From Nemertoderma westbladi (Eukaryota; Animalia; Xenacoelomorpha): DNA of 39,570 nucleotides. Below, piece by piece: positions 26,958-38,315 of this stretch. Where the stretch lies: the NCBI GenBank assembly GCA_032718475.1, contig JAUCBJ010001252.1, positions 1 to 39,570 of the forward strand, given 5' to 3'. The notes below the pieces were generated by a model. That model ran no database searches. It was not told where the DNA came from and worked only from the letters and a program-made list of their open reading frames with translations. How positions within the stretch are numbered: position 1 is the first letter of the stretch; every line of letters begins with the position of its first letter. A program made the translations under genes and the position numbers.

Positions 26958-27073
26958 ACAGGTTGATTAATGGTACCCCTACGCTAAGGCTCACTCACTT
27001 CGTGGCTCGCCCCACAGGTTGATTAATGGTACCCCTACGCTAAGGCTCACTCACTTCGTGGCTCGCCCCACAG
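26958..27073. repeat. Exact 56-bp tandem duplication of a Helentron/DINE-like terminus
   Basis: ACAGGTTGATTAATGGTACCCCTACGCTAAGGCTCACTCACTTCGTGGCTCGCCCC occurs twice. Confidence 0.95.
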
Positions 27074-27602
27074 TAGAAACCGTCGAATGATAATGTTGAT
27101 GTTTGCCAAGTTTTGAAAACTTAACCAACATTCCAGACGAATAAAATGGAGAATGTTCTTGTTGGTGACCGATTTGGAAGACAACCACCCCTTGGATTCT
27201 TATTTGTAACCAGGCCTGAATTTTTGCCACCACCCGTGGATTTTTTTATCTTCCTTTGCTTAGAATTGTTTATCAATACTGTTTAAATTCTATTATACAA
27301 TGGGATACGGTTGTTAAAAATATTATGTTTTTGACCCACCCTACTACTGTACTAAAATCGGGCAGCTGCTTTGAAGCTGCATATATACAGTAGATGTATG
27401 CTGGCTTAACTGTTATATACAAAAATATTATTGGCACCACCATGCAATCCACAATTAGCATTCTCCAATGCAGCGTGCCTTAAGAATGCTATGCTGGCTT
27501 TAACCCAACCAGTATAATGTTAATGCCCCTTTGCCCACTTCCTCTAGCAGGAAGTCAAGTTGCAAAATGCGGCATATATCGTAATGTATTATATTTTTAG
27601 AC

Positions 27603-27770
27603 TAATCTAAGCCAACACTAAGCCACTCTAATCTAAGCCAACACTAAGCCACTCTAATCTAAGCCAACACTAAGCCACTCTAATCTAAGCCAACACTAAG
27701 CCACTCTAATCTAAGCCAACACTAAGCCACTTTAATCTAAGCCAACACTAAGCCACTCTGATCTAAAGCC
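27603..27770. repeat. 26-bp minisatellite, 6 full copies plus a partial copy
   Basis: TAATCTAAGCCAACACTAAGCCACTC repeated in tandem. Confidence 0.97.
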
Positions 27771-28011
27771 ATAGGCAAGAAAAATCGAACCCATTGTTCT
27801 TATTTAAAACCCACGGGTACCCATGGGGTGGGTCTATTAAGACCCCAAGGACACATTTAAAGTGTTGTAATTTCAGTCCAATTAATGTTCATGTACTGAA
27901 ATTCCATGAATTCCTCAATTTTTGTGTGCTCTACATGACCCATATAATTTCGTAGACCAAAAATTTAATTTACGCTTTTAATTTGAACTTAATTACCTTG
28001 GCCACGCCAAC

Positions 28012-29335
28012 CACCATTGGGGTCAATATGACCCCGATGGTTTTTTAGGCTTTTAATCTCGAAAAGAAACACCTAAGCGGAATTTAATTTCAGTTTACGT
28101 TCCTGATAAGTAAAAGAGACGTGACAGACGAAACACCAGGGGCGACCGGAAGGCTCCACTCTCTTGGAAATTGCCTGTATTGTACGGATACGTCTCTCTA
28201 ACTCTCAAGTGCATTTTTTTGATTATTTTTTTAAAATTTTAGACCATTGTTTTAATTTCATTTCAGTTTACATTCCTTATGAGTAAAAGCGACCAGTGAA
28301 CGTCATAGATGAACATCGGAGACGACTCGAAAGCTCCACCCTTTTGACAATTACAATAATGTATGGATGAATTATGTCCTACTGTAATTACAGTGGTGCG
28401 TGGAGAACTCACCAGGCTTGCCCGCAGTAGCGCAAAGCTTACCTAACGTCGCAGTCGCACCCAGTTGCAGCATTCAGCGTAGCAGATGACGCGATCAGGC
28501 GATCGTGTCCCACAGGCACAACGGACCGGGGTAGACTGGGTTGCCAATGGTAACGCAGGCAGACAGCGTCGTGAAACTCCTCCTTGGTAAGATAGTTACC
28601 ATGGAGTGTGATTGGACGCGGAGTTTATCCACGTCGACACCTACTTCTCCGCCACTAACTCGTTCAACTGGAGCTGCTTTGAGGTTAGTTTGGCACGGGT
28701 TACATTGACCTTCGTGTGTACAGCGGTAAGCGCCCGGGATTTTATTATGTTGGCGACGTGCTGTTGGCTGCCCGCACACCGACATATTGCTGCTGTAGTT
28801 AAATGGCTCGCAGTCCTCTCTGGAATTTAACGTGCTGCTGGTGGACAAGCAACGGATTTCCTCAGTTCCTGGACCACCAAACCGGACGGGCAACGATATC
28901 AGCTCGCGTTCAACTTCGTCTAGGGAAGCGTGTTCCGGTAAACTTGTAAGAAACTGGCGAACTGAAGTTTCGAGCAGTACGAAATGGTCCGTCGCCCCGG
29001 GTGTACGTTATTATCATTAGTTCTATTAGTTTCTATTAGTTATCTAGGCCTATTGTTATTATTTTGTCAATTAAAATTCAGCATTTTCAGCGGATTGCGG
29101 AATTTAAGTGAAAATATCCAAAAAGTGCAATATATTAAATTTAATTTGATGTAAATAAAGTCGAACAATCAGACAGTCAGACAAGTTGAACTTTGAAGGT
29201 CTGGGCTAAAATTACTTAGTTTGGTGGATCTAATAGAGATTCGGTCCATTATTACTACATATTTCCATTCAGGCCCACAAGAAACTACTATTTTAGTACT
29301 GGGGTCTGATATGACCCCAATGGTGCACTATAGGG
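28012..29335. mobile_element. Possible piggyBac-like non-autonomous element enclosing a LINE fragment
   Basis: 14-bp inverted repeat CACCATTGGGGTCA (28012-28025) / TGACCCCAATGGTG (29312-29325), followed by CACTATAGGG. TTAA TSD not recovered. Internal ~175-bp duplication at 28087/28260. Confidence 0.35.
28480..29008 (-). mobile_element. CRE-like (RLE-type) non-LTR retrotransposon fragment
   Basis: ERELISLPVRFGG.. and EK*VSTWIN..HGNYLTKEEFHDAVCLRYHWQP resemble the post-RT region of CRE elements. Frameshifted. Confidence 0.7.
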
Positions 29336-29360
29336 CGCCGTTCTGGTCAAATGCACATGC

Positions 29361-29527
29361 CATTCTCGCTGCGAGAATCTCGTTGCGAGAATACATTCTT
29401 GCAGCGAGATTGACTTCTCGCAGCGAGATTGACTTCTCGCAGCGAGATGTCATTCTCGCAGCGAGATGCCATTCTCGCAGCGAGATGTCATTCTCGCAGC
29501 GAGATGCCATTCTCGCAGCGAGATGCT
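29361..29527. repeat. Minisatellite of ~19-bp units with palindromic core TCTCGC(A/T)GCGAGA
   Basis: About 9 copies with short GTCAT/GCCAT/TGAC linkers. Confidence 0.9.
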
Positions 29528-29846
29528 ATTGGTAAAATTCTAGTACTAGAAAAAATTATTTTTGAACGGCAATGTTTGGGGTTTCGAAACATGGATATGC
29601 TGAAAGAGGACATCGAATTAAGTTGAATAATAAAAACCCCTTCGAATTTGGACCAAGTGTTCCGGAGCTATAGCGGATCTAAAATAAAATTACCACCTTT
29701 TTAGAATGTGTTTTTCAATTTTTTGCGTTATTTTTGACAGGGAATCTATTGGCAATACTGGCTACGAAAAATATGGAAAAAGTATCTTCTCAACTCGACA
29801 CACTACTGTATAACTAAAAAACCATTCAGGTGGCCAGCATTTCCCA

Positions 29847-29941
29847 GGAAAGTACAGCGAGTTAGTTGTAAGCTGTCAATCTAAAGTACAAATAATTTGT
29901 ACTTTAGATTGACAGCTTACAACTAACTCGCTGTACTTTCC
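29847..29941. repeat. Perfect 95-bp palindrome (47-bp arms, 1-nt spacer)
   Basis: GGAAAGTACAGCGAG..GTACAAAT-A-ATTTGTAC..CTCGCTGTACTTTCC. Confidence 0.97.
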
Positions 29942-30264
29942 CTATCACAATTACCTTACGTTATACAGTACATACATATACGTTAACCTTTCTGGGATTC
30001 ACCTATCAGGTATTCCCCTTTAAAACTTAGATATATATATATAGACCCCCACCTTTTCCTGTTAGTTGCCAGTACATAGTCTGATGCAGACCGGTAGGTC
30101 GAAAACGTTTACTATTGTATCTTTATCTAATATAATATAACCAGCTAAAGACCCTCAATACTTTATTATTTTTTTATCATCTTTACACTATGCTGCCGCT
30201 GGTGAATGCCTACCACTTCATCCGTTCGTTTAATATTACATTTTATATAAATTTAGTTGTAATA

Positions 30265-31329
30265 CTATAAAATTGAGAACCTTTGTTTAGGAATATCAAT
30301 AAATATATTAGAATCTGGAGTGCAAACATCAGTTTGTTTACAGTATATCTCCGGGAAGACTGTTGTCTTCATTGTTGTATACGGATTGGCAAATTCGTTG
30401 AGAACATCCGACTCAAGTTCATCTATTTCCGCCTTGAGAAGGATAATTTCTTCAGTTTGGGCCATTACCTCTAACTCTACCGCTTTATTGGTTAACTTTG
30501 CGTCATCCCATTGGCCATTGCTCTCGTCTAGCGCTCGTTTAGCTGCGTTATCTTTAATTCGATTCATATTGACTTCGTGGTTGCCAATGTACTTCTCTCT
30601 CTCGATATCCAATATACCCTTTGTATACGACACGTCTTTATCATGCTCTTCGTTAATACACTTTATTTCCCTCTCCAAACGCTCTATATTACGCACATTG
30701 TTTATATATTCCCTCTCCTTATAGGAATGTAAAATTCTCAATTTGTCTTTCCCTTGGTTAACCTTATTATCCACCGTTCTCAGATCGCTTTCGATTTTAC
30801 CCCTTTCAAGTTTAATCTCTTCGCTGGTTTTCTCGAGATCTAACTGAGCCTCCTCGCATAAACTTCCTGCGTACTTCCCTATGGTTTCCTGTGCTCCGAA
30901 ACAGTTATCGTATTTGCGCAACAATTCCCGAGAATGTTTGCAACTGGAGCCTTCCAGCTGGTCGATCTCTTTCATCAAGCGGTAATTATCGGTAGTTAAA
31001 CGCTCTCGACTCATAAGTAATTCTTCTAACGTTTTTAATTTTGTTTTAATTTTCATTCTGAGAAGATTCCTCTGTTCCTCGCGCAGTCTCGCATCTTGCG
31101 GTTTCTCTATCGGTTCGCGTTTCGGTACCCATGGATGTCTGCACGTGCTGCTACACGCGGTGCCGGGTTTATTGCCGCGGTCACCGTGTGCCGAGCGCGT
31201 CAGTGGGCCGCTGGTAAACGGGGGTCCGACTGGCGGTTTACTCGACGTTGACTGGGCAGCACTACTGGACGACACTAGTGGGGTTGACTTCCTTTTCCGT
31301 TGCCAGTCTGTGTAATCAATTTTCTCCAT
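30265..31329 (-). CDS. Coiled-coil protein, C20orf96/DUF4618-like
   Basis: 354-aa intact intronless ORF with a low-complexity N-terminus and a long coiled coil. C-terminal CTPDSNIFIDIP resembles the C20orf96 CTPDMDVILNIP motif (from memory). Confidence 0.75.
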   Translation of the reverse strand: MEKIDYTDWQRKRKSTPLVSSSSAAQSTSSKPPVGPPFTSGPLTRSAHGDRGNKPGTACSSTCRHPWVPKREPIEKPQDARLREEQRNLLRMKIKTKLKTLEELLMSRERLTTDNYRLMKEIDQLEGSSCKHSRELLRKYDNCFGAQETIGKYAGSLCEEAQLDLEKTSEEIKLERGKIESDLRTVDNKVNQGKDKLRILHSYKEREYINNVRNIERLEREIKCINEEHDKDVSYTKGILDIEREKYIGNHEVNMNRIKDNAAKRALDESNGQWDDAKLTNKAVELEVMAQTEEIILLKAEIDELESDVLNEFANPYTTMKTTVFPEIYCKQTDVCTPDSNIFIDIPKQRFSIL

Positions 31330-32104
31330 TGAGTCAAACTCAAATATTGTACTACAATTAATTATTAATGACTAATACACATAAGATATGGTATTCTTGT
31401 AAGGTTACAGATTCTCTGAGGTATTGGTATTATTGCGTGCACATAGAATATCGTTCTGAATAGAAGAGAATTAATAAAACCCTCTAAACATTATATAAAG
31501 ATTTTAATGAAATACTATATTGTATCATTTTTAGATTATGTAGGCCTAATATTATTTTTAAATATGTAATTATATATAATAATAATATATAACGTGTAAT
31601 GAATTGTTTATAATCACAAAATAAATATTGTTACTTCTTACTTGGTTCAGTAACAAAACGATCTATACGCGTATTGCTATTTATAGGGCTACTAACTGTC
31701 AGGATAGGCACGGGAAACAAGTTATTAGTGTGGTTGCCTGGCAACTGTTAAGGATGGGAGGGGGGGGGGGGGGGGGTAGTTTGTTGAGTGTTGTTCATAT
31801 TAAAACTATTATGTAGTGTAGATGATATAAGGAAGAAAATATTAAAATCGCTATAAATTAGCGTAGACGCCGCGAAAATGTCATAATTTCATTATCTCCC
31901 TATTGTATAAATTATATTGAGATGGATGTCCAGAATAAAAGTCTAGTTGAATATGGAATATAATGAATATGTTGAATGAGTGTTAGGCCCACTGTGTTTG
32001 GCGACTTAATGTGGAAGTGAGGGTCGGTCTCGGTATCATTAAATAAGTTAATAAAAAGTGATTATGTGTAAAAAAAACTAGTCATTAATTACTCCTTGCA
32101 ATTA

Positions 32105-32700
32105 GCAGGGCGGTATCGTTAATTAAATGTATATTCTACGTGGATGACCTTGTCTTCTATTCGAAAACCGTGATGATATTCAAACAGCCGTCAATGCGCT
32201 ACACAGCTGGTGTACCGTCAACGGAATGGATGTCAACCTTGTTAAGACTAAAACCGGCTCGTCCAGAATGATAATTTCACATACAACGGCAATCCAGTAA
32301 TAATCTATAGCGAATACGATTACCTCGGAATCACTTTACAGCCATCTCTCAGCTTCACTGTACATGTAAACTCTAAACTCAAATCAGCTTACAGCATCAT
32401 CGGATCCCTCAACCACCTCCCACTTTTATCCGTCGAAACTGGAATGCAAATATTTAATATGAAATTGCTCCAATTGCTACATACGCCATTGGACAGATCG
32501 GTCCGTTGTCCTCAAACTGATACATCTAAATAAAATAAAGAACGCGCACGTCAAACGCATGTTAGGATTACATACCTCAGCCTCCTCCACTCTTCCACTA
32601 CATCTAATCGAAACGGATACATTCATCAATGATATAATTTCGAAATCTCCAATGTCCAATACCGACGTTTTAACTGCCTATCAGAACTTCCGTGATGAAC
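32105..32700 (+). mobile_element. Degenerate LINE reverse transcriptase fragment
   Basis: ILYVDDLV (YADD-like); IQTAVNALHSWCTVNGMDVNLVKTK; YDYLGITLQPSLSFTVHV. Confidence 0.8.
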
Positions 32701-33294
32701 GCGAAACAAACTATACAGAGGAAAGATACTCCCTTGGTCCCGCGTTTGCCAACCGCACCTGGAGACGTCCAGGGCAGCGAAACCGGCACATACTGAACCC
32801 GGTGCACCTCCCACGGGTTCCACCGCAAACTCTGCAGTAACTCTCAACCGTTTCACGAACTTGCTGCAAGCTGTGAGTGTAGATTCTGTGGCGACTCCAG
32901 CGAAAACCGCTACACCACGGTCTCGTGTGCCCACAGAGCCCCCAGATTTTAATTAGCGAGCGTCAGCGAGGTTAATAAAGGGTTGAGATAATATTGAAAA
33001 CAAAAATGTTCAACGTTTTTACCCCTTGTAATACGTAATTTTATTCTTACATTTGTACTTTTTGCTGCTCAATTCTTCAAATATAAGATATATAGGCGAT
33101 ATATAAGCGATATAGTGTTACAAAATAAATAGAACTGTAGTATTTTACTATATTGCTTCCATAGTTACTGCGAAAATAAAATTTAAGAAATTCCACAAAA
33201 ATATTTAATTTTACTATATTCGCCGAGAAAAAAGCGAAGTCAATGAAATCGAATATTCGAGGGAAAAAGTAACAATTTAAGAATAAAATATATT

Positions 33295-33500
33295 ACAGGT
33301 CATCTAGGTTGTGAAAGTGTCTGAAGGCCGTGAGTTCGAGCTTCAGAAAATGAAAACCCCATTTGTCGTCAAGTTATTAACTCTAAGGAAGTCCATACAG
33401 CTGTAATAGGAACCTGGTATATGCTGGGGGAGTAAACAAGAGGGTTAGATCCGATCTTGGGAGTTAGTGTGGCAACACGTCACACTGTTATTGGCCTTTT
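33295..33500 (+). mobile_element. Possible degenerate tRNA-derived SINE
   Basis: B-box-like GAGTTCGAG at ~33331 and a SINE core-like GTCCATACAGCTGTAATAGGAACCTGG. Confidence 0.35.
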
Positions 33501-34117
33501 ATTATTTTCCATCCCCCTTTCGTCGTCAAATAATGCCAGGATGGCAACCCCACACGATTTACTGGAAATGCGTGTAATTCGTTATTTCAAACCGCTATGG
33601 TGTCATTAAACTTAGTTTTAGGGGGTTTATTTACAACGCTAAATATTGATTTATAAAAACACGAATCGCTTCTCAAAAAGTTAAACTCAAACTGTTTCGA
33701 TATAACTAAAAATCGAACAATTTGGGAAATAATACTCATTAATTATCCTGAAGCAGCTAAAATATTTAATTCAATTGTAATATTATCAATCAACTGTCTG
33801 TAAATTTCTTACACTTTATCTTATACGGTAGATTTACAATATAAACTGGGGTATTAAATTATGACATAAATTTGGTTTATAAAACAGCGACATTAACATT
33901 AAGTCGATTGCAAAAACATTTTATTTCACTTCCAAAATGGTGCGGTTATATTTTTTAGGGTGTGTAATAATATCTTATTATGACTGGGATAATTTTGAAC
34001 TGGGATTTAAATTAGAAATTCAAAATTAGAAATTGAATGTTAGAAAATCGATAATATTTGGTTTTTGGTTTAATAATAAAATTCTAACGTAGTTAAAAAA
34101 AGGTATATTATTAACTA

Positions 34118-35569
34118 TCATACAGTTATATTGGCATAGAACTTATAAGCTTTCTCGTTAGTAAGCCGTATAGCCAAGCCTAGTTGAGTGCCAGCGCCGA
34201 CCTCGTAGGAGCGAGGGAACCCAACACGCGACCCACGGTCGTACAATCTGTGTAGGACGCCCTCCCACTGAACGGGACGGACAACACTGTCCAACAGCGA
34301 CCTACGGAAGTTACGGACCGAGTAGTTAACCGAGGGTTTAGTACCTACGATAACCCGACGTCGTCCGGGGTTACACCGCATCGTCTTGAGCAACGGGATT
34401 AGTTTCTCCGCAACGGGTTCCATCAGGGAGGTGTTGTATGCGCAGCGAACCGAGTTGATCCACCGACACCGCTCGATGTTCAACCGACGGGCGTCGCGTT
34501 TAATCGATCGCAACGCCTCGGTGTCGCCGCCTAGGATCCGCACGTCCGGGCAGAGTTTAGCGGCGACGGAACAACTTAGTTCCGTGGCCGATTCCGCCTC
34601 ACTACAGAGCTCTAGCCAACGTGTGTGGTGGTTGCCGTGGCAGCTGAGCAGCGCGGAAGGTCGCGCAGAGACACCCTTCTCCGACTGTTGACAGCGGATG
34701 TCTAGGAGTTTAAGAGCGTCGTTTAGAGAGAGAAGGTTCGCGAACACCAACGCGGACCACTCGCCGACTCCGAAGCCCGCGGTTGCCACGCAACCCGCCA
34801 CCGACTCGGGGCTCTCCGCCGAGAGTTTCTCTATGGCGGCGAGGTTGGTCACGAATACGGCTGCGGCGGCACAGAGCGGCGAGTCGAGCCGCTCCCGGGG
34901 GCCGTTGAGGCAGACCTCGAGGAGGTCGTAACCGAGGGCGGAAGAGGCGCGGTCGTACAACGGGAGGACCCCGGGGTACTGGAGGAGGCCGCGTCCCATC
35001 CCCGGGTACTGACTCCCCTCGCCTGGGAACATAAGGATAGAGAAGTTACTGGGATGGAGGCGCGGGGACTCCTCTTTGAACGCCTCTCGAGGAAACATCA
35101 TGTGTTCAGAGAGGAAGGGATGCTGGATGATCTCCTTGGGAGGAAGAGAGTTTAAATCGACGAGGTATTCCTCTACGAATCTCCGGTGTTTGTTGAGGAC
35201 TTTAAGGGATTCGCGTTCCTTTTCTTTGGCGAAGTTATTTGGGTTGATTAGCGGTCCGTGAGAGTAATCGGTGTGTGTGTGGGGGGACAATGGGCGCAGC
35301 GTGCGGGGTCTAGTTGTCGGGATTTTACCTGATTCTATGACATCTGTTTGGTTATGTAATGACACCGACGGATCTTCCATCACGCTTCCCATATGTTTAT
35401 CCCCGTTTGGACCCATTTTCTCCGGATTACTCGCCGGGTTTTCGGTTTCATCTCCGGTAGAATTCACTTCTCTCTTTACTCGATTATTACCAAGGATTCC
35501 ACGGGTATTTAGACTACGATTTAAATGAAGACATCGATGGTACTGGTACTGACAACGAAAGACAAACAT
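34118..35569 (-). CDS. MCAT: Mitochondrial malonyl-CoA:ACP transacylase homologue with substituted catalytic residues
   Basis: ATG 35569 with an Arg-rich presequence-like N-terminus; LMFPGEGSQYPGMG, LGYDLLEVCLNGP, CVATAGFGVGEW, AYNTSLMEP, VRPVQWE, FPRSYEVGAGTQL. Confidence 0.9.
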   Translation of the reverse strand: MFVFRCQYQYHRCLHLNRSLNTRGILGNNRVKREVNSTGDETENPASNPEKMGPNGDKHMGSVMEDPSVSLHNQTDVIESGKIPTTRPRTLRPLSPHTHTDYSHGPLINPNNFAKEKERESLKVLNKHRRFVEEYLVDLNSLPPKEIIQHPFLSEHMMFPREAFKEESPRLHPSNFSILMFPGEGSQYPGMGRGLLQYPGVLPLYDRASSALGYDLLEVCLNGPRERLDSPLCAAAAVFVTNLAAIEKLSAESPESVAGCVATAGFGVGEWSALVFANLLSLNDALKLLDIRCQQSEKGVSARPSALLSCHGNHHTRWLELCSEAESATELSCSVAAKLCPDVRILGGDTEALRSIKRDARRLNIERCRWINSVRCAYNTSLMEPVAEKLIPLLKTMRCNPGRRRVIVGTKPSVNYSVRNFRRSLLDSVVRPVQWEGVLHRLYDRGSRVGFPRSYEVGAGTQLGLAIRLTNEKAYKFYANITV

Positions 35570-37028
35570 ATTTCCGTATACATACAGACATACATACAAT
35601 GCGATGCAGTCATTCAGTCAACAATGCAGCCATGAGTTATCGTTGGTGCTTGATTGTGTGATGTCGTTTTGTTTTATCTGTCAAGAGTTTAGGCCTAATT
35701 CTGTAATTTATTGACTTAATACTGTAATACTGTAATACAGCTACAGCACTGCAGTAATAAATTATTACGGTATGCTGGTAAACCGCCGTACCGGTATGTC
35801 CAGATGTCTGTATTTTAATTACAGAATTAACAGACTGCAGACTGACAGCCGGTCAGCCGGTACGCTGATACGTGACCCCGTTCCCGTAGCGCAGTAGCGG
35901 TAGCCGGTAGCGGTAACGTACTACTGTACTAACGTACATCTGTCTGTCTGTACATAACGTCGACTAGGAAGTACTGTACTCAGTACTGAGGTGAGGCGTG
36001 AGGTACCGGTCTGCCAGTAGCTGACCTACCGGTAGTGCTGTCTGCTGGTCTGGCCTGCTGACTGTAGTCAGGTAGTGCTGTATTGTTTTGAACGAATCGA
36101 TAAAAACAGGATTGCCCTTTGGTGAATTCAAATTTCCCGCTTTAATGTGCAAATGGCATCGTTGAAGAGCATACCTGTTTTTAAAGAATCATTGACCAGT
36201 ATACTATAATTATTGTCTGTTCGAGAACGGAATATACGGATATTATAATACCTGAAGCAAATTAATATGTTTAACTACTGAGACCGTTAGGTCGAAGTAG
36301 TTAGTTATACATGATATATCTGCTGAAGGAAGGAATAGGTATTATAGCCATTCTCGATCAGACAATAATTAGTTTATCCCTTATAGTTAGTCGATGCTCA
36401 AAAACACCCACTGTCGTTTTGTTTCCAAATATATATTATTACAGACTTTCATATTTGAAGTTTCGACTCAAAAATCCCCTTACAGAGAAAACGAGAGGTT
36501 ATCTTCTAACCATTCGCATTGTTGTCCGCCTCCAATGCTACAGTTCGCCTCTCTCAGGCTACAGTATAAAGCAATAATAATTTGAAAATTCTTTATTTGG
36601 GCATACAATAATGCATCTCTATTTATTTTTCTTAGTGATTTTAATTTCACATTCTTACGAAAGCTTTGTACTACCTAATTTTGTAGTGACAAATTAACTA
36701 AACCCAAATAAAAAATATAAATGACAAGTTAGGGGGGGGGGGGGGGGTAGTACCCCCCTATTTTGGAAATTGACAAAAATGTGTTTTTTTATTCTATCTT
36801 GTGCCGAATTTAATGGAGATTTAAAATCTGCAAGCAGTATTATCATATCTTTTCTCAAACTCAAGTTATTATGCAAAACGTAAGAGCTAGTCTGATATTT
36901 GAAAAGCCTTCGAGCAGAACTATATTTTACAATACGGTGTACGATGTTTAGTAGCACAAAAAATAATTTTCACTCAATTTTATGGTCCAGAGACACAAAA
37001 ATGTGAGGTTCAATTTGGATACCCCCCC

Positions 37029-37200
37029 TTAATGCTTCTTAGAAGTTCGCCAGGTTTGAAGTCCACTGTTTCTATAGGTGTCGTATTGTCCTTGTCATAT
37101 ATTTTCCTTATAGGGCTGACCTCGATGGTTGGTGGCCGCCCAAGCAAGTTTCTGAAGTGATCTTTCCATGTCCCAACACGTTCTTCGGGACTATCAACTA
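37029..37200 (-). mobile_element. RTE-type LINE ORF2 fragment (pre-RT region)
   Basis: DSPEERVGTWKDHFRNLLGRPP..IETVDFKPGELLRSIK. Confidence 0.65.
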
Positions 37201-38315
37201 TTCGGAAAAAAAAATGATGTTTTAGCTAAAAACAAATTGTTTTTAGATGTGTATACTGTATGTTTGACCTATATTACATAAATAAACATTGTGGTGTTGT
37301 AGCCTTTAAAATCTAAGCCATCAAGCTCTTAGTACTAGCTTCCCAAATTATTGCCCATTTAGTGAATATTCACCATTGATCGAAATCCACCATGTTAGTG
37401 CTCAATGTCTGCGTTTCATAAACATAGATTGCCAAAGCCAACCCTGTATGGAGGTCCCGAGTATAGATGATAGAGCCGGCATAGTGCAGTAGTGTCAGGC
37501 GTATAATAATAGAAATTATATAGTCAAATGAGGTTGATATTAGATATCAGAAAATAGCCTTCAGATTTGGAATCTCCATTAAATTCGCCACACCACAGGA
37601 GGATATCATAAAAAAAGGATCCAAATTAGGGAGCTCTCCCCCGTCCTCCCTTAACTAAAACTAATAATCCACCACCAGCGAGGACCTCGCTTAGTTAGGA
37701 GTGTGCCCTCGGCCTCTGATTATGGTCCACCTCTGCCCCTCCCTTAGCAAATTCCCGGAACCGCCCCTGTGTTGTACATGGTCTATGTGAACGAACCCAT
37801 GACGTCACTACCGACATTTTCTAAGCTGATAGCTATAGGACAGGAGGGGTGTGGCTAGTCCTGTAGTCACACTTCCATTGATTAATACAATACCAAATAT
37901 GAAAAAAATGTAGTGTACCAAAGTTCATTATTAAATCAGTTACAGTATTACTGTTTTATTAGTAAGTAATCAGATAACAATTGGGCTTATTTCAGTTTGT
38001 TGTAAATGACATTTCGAATTAGGTACCTATTTATCTGAACTATGTACTTCTGGGCTAGCTGACTATATGCTCAGTAGCTAGCATAGCAGCATAGTCTAGC
38101 TCACATTCTTTGACGTCACCGCAGCTTAGCTTCAGTTTCACAGGTTGTATTTTGGGTTTGGTCTTGCTTTTGTCTCGTCTTGTCTTGTTCTGCAGTTATT
38201 AGTTGTTTTCATCAGTTTATTGCTCAGCATTTAAATTAAAGGTATCCCTATTTATTGCTATTTATTAGTTCTATTTTAGCTTAGCAAAATAATAATTCTT
38301 GGAGTGAAGTTGAAG

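Larger units (their letters stand above)
21018..26960. repeat. Tandem segmental duplication: unit A 21018-24455, unit B 24456-26960 with an internal deletion
   Basis: 21018-23139 matches 24456-26584, and 24051-24458 matches 26583-26960. The ORF track shows duplicated ORFs (22580/26028, 22918/26363, 24057/26589). Confidence 0.95.

Noticed and set aside
29361-29527. Palindromic repeats resembling CRISPR or REP units
   Set aside because: Linkers of 0-6 nt are themselves repeated; this is a minisatellite.
34386-35528. Plus-strand ORFs over MCAT (and similar antisense ORFs over SGPL1 and the coiled-coil gene)
   Set aside because: Shadow ORFs of real coding sequence.
36575-37032. Possible Kolobok- or piggyBac-like MITE ending CCCCCCC-TTAA
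   Set aside because: No matching opposite terminus or TSD was found.
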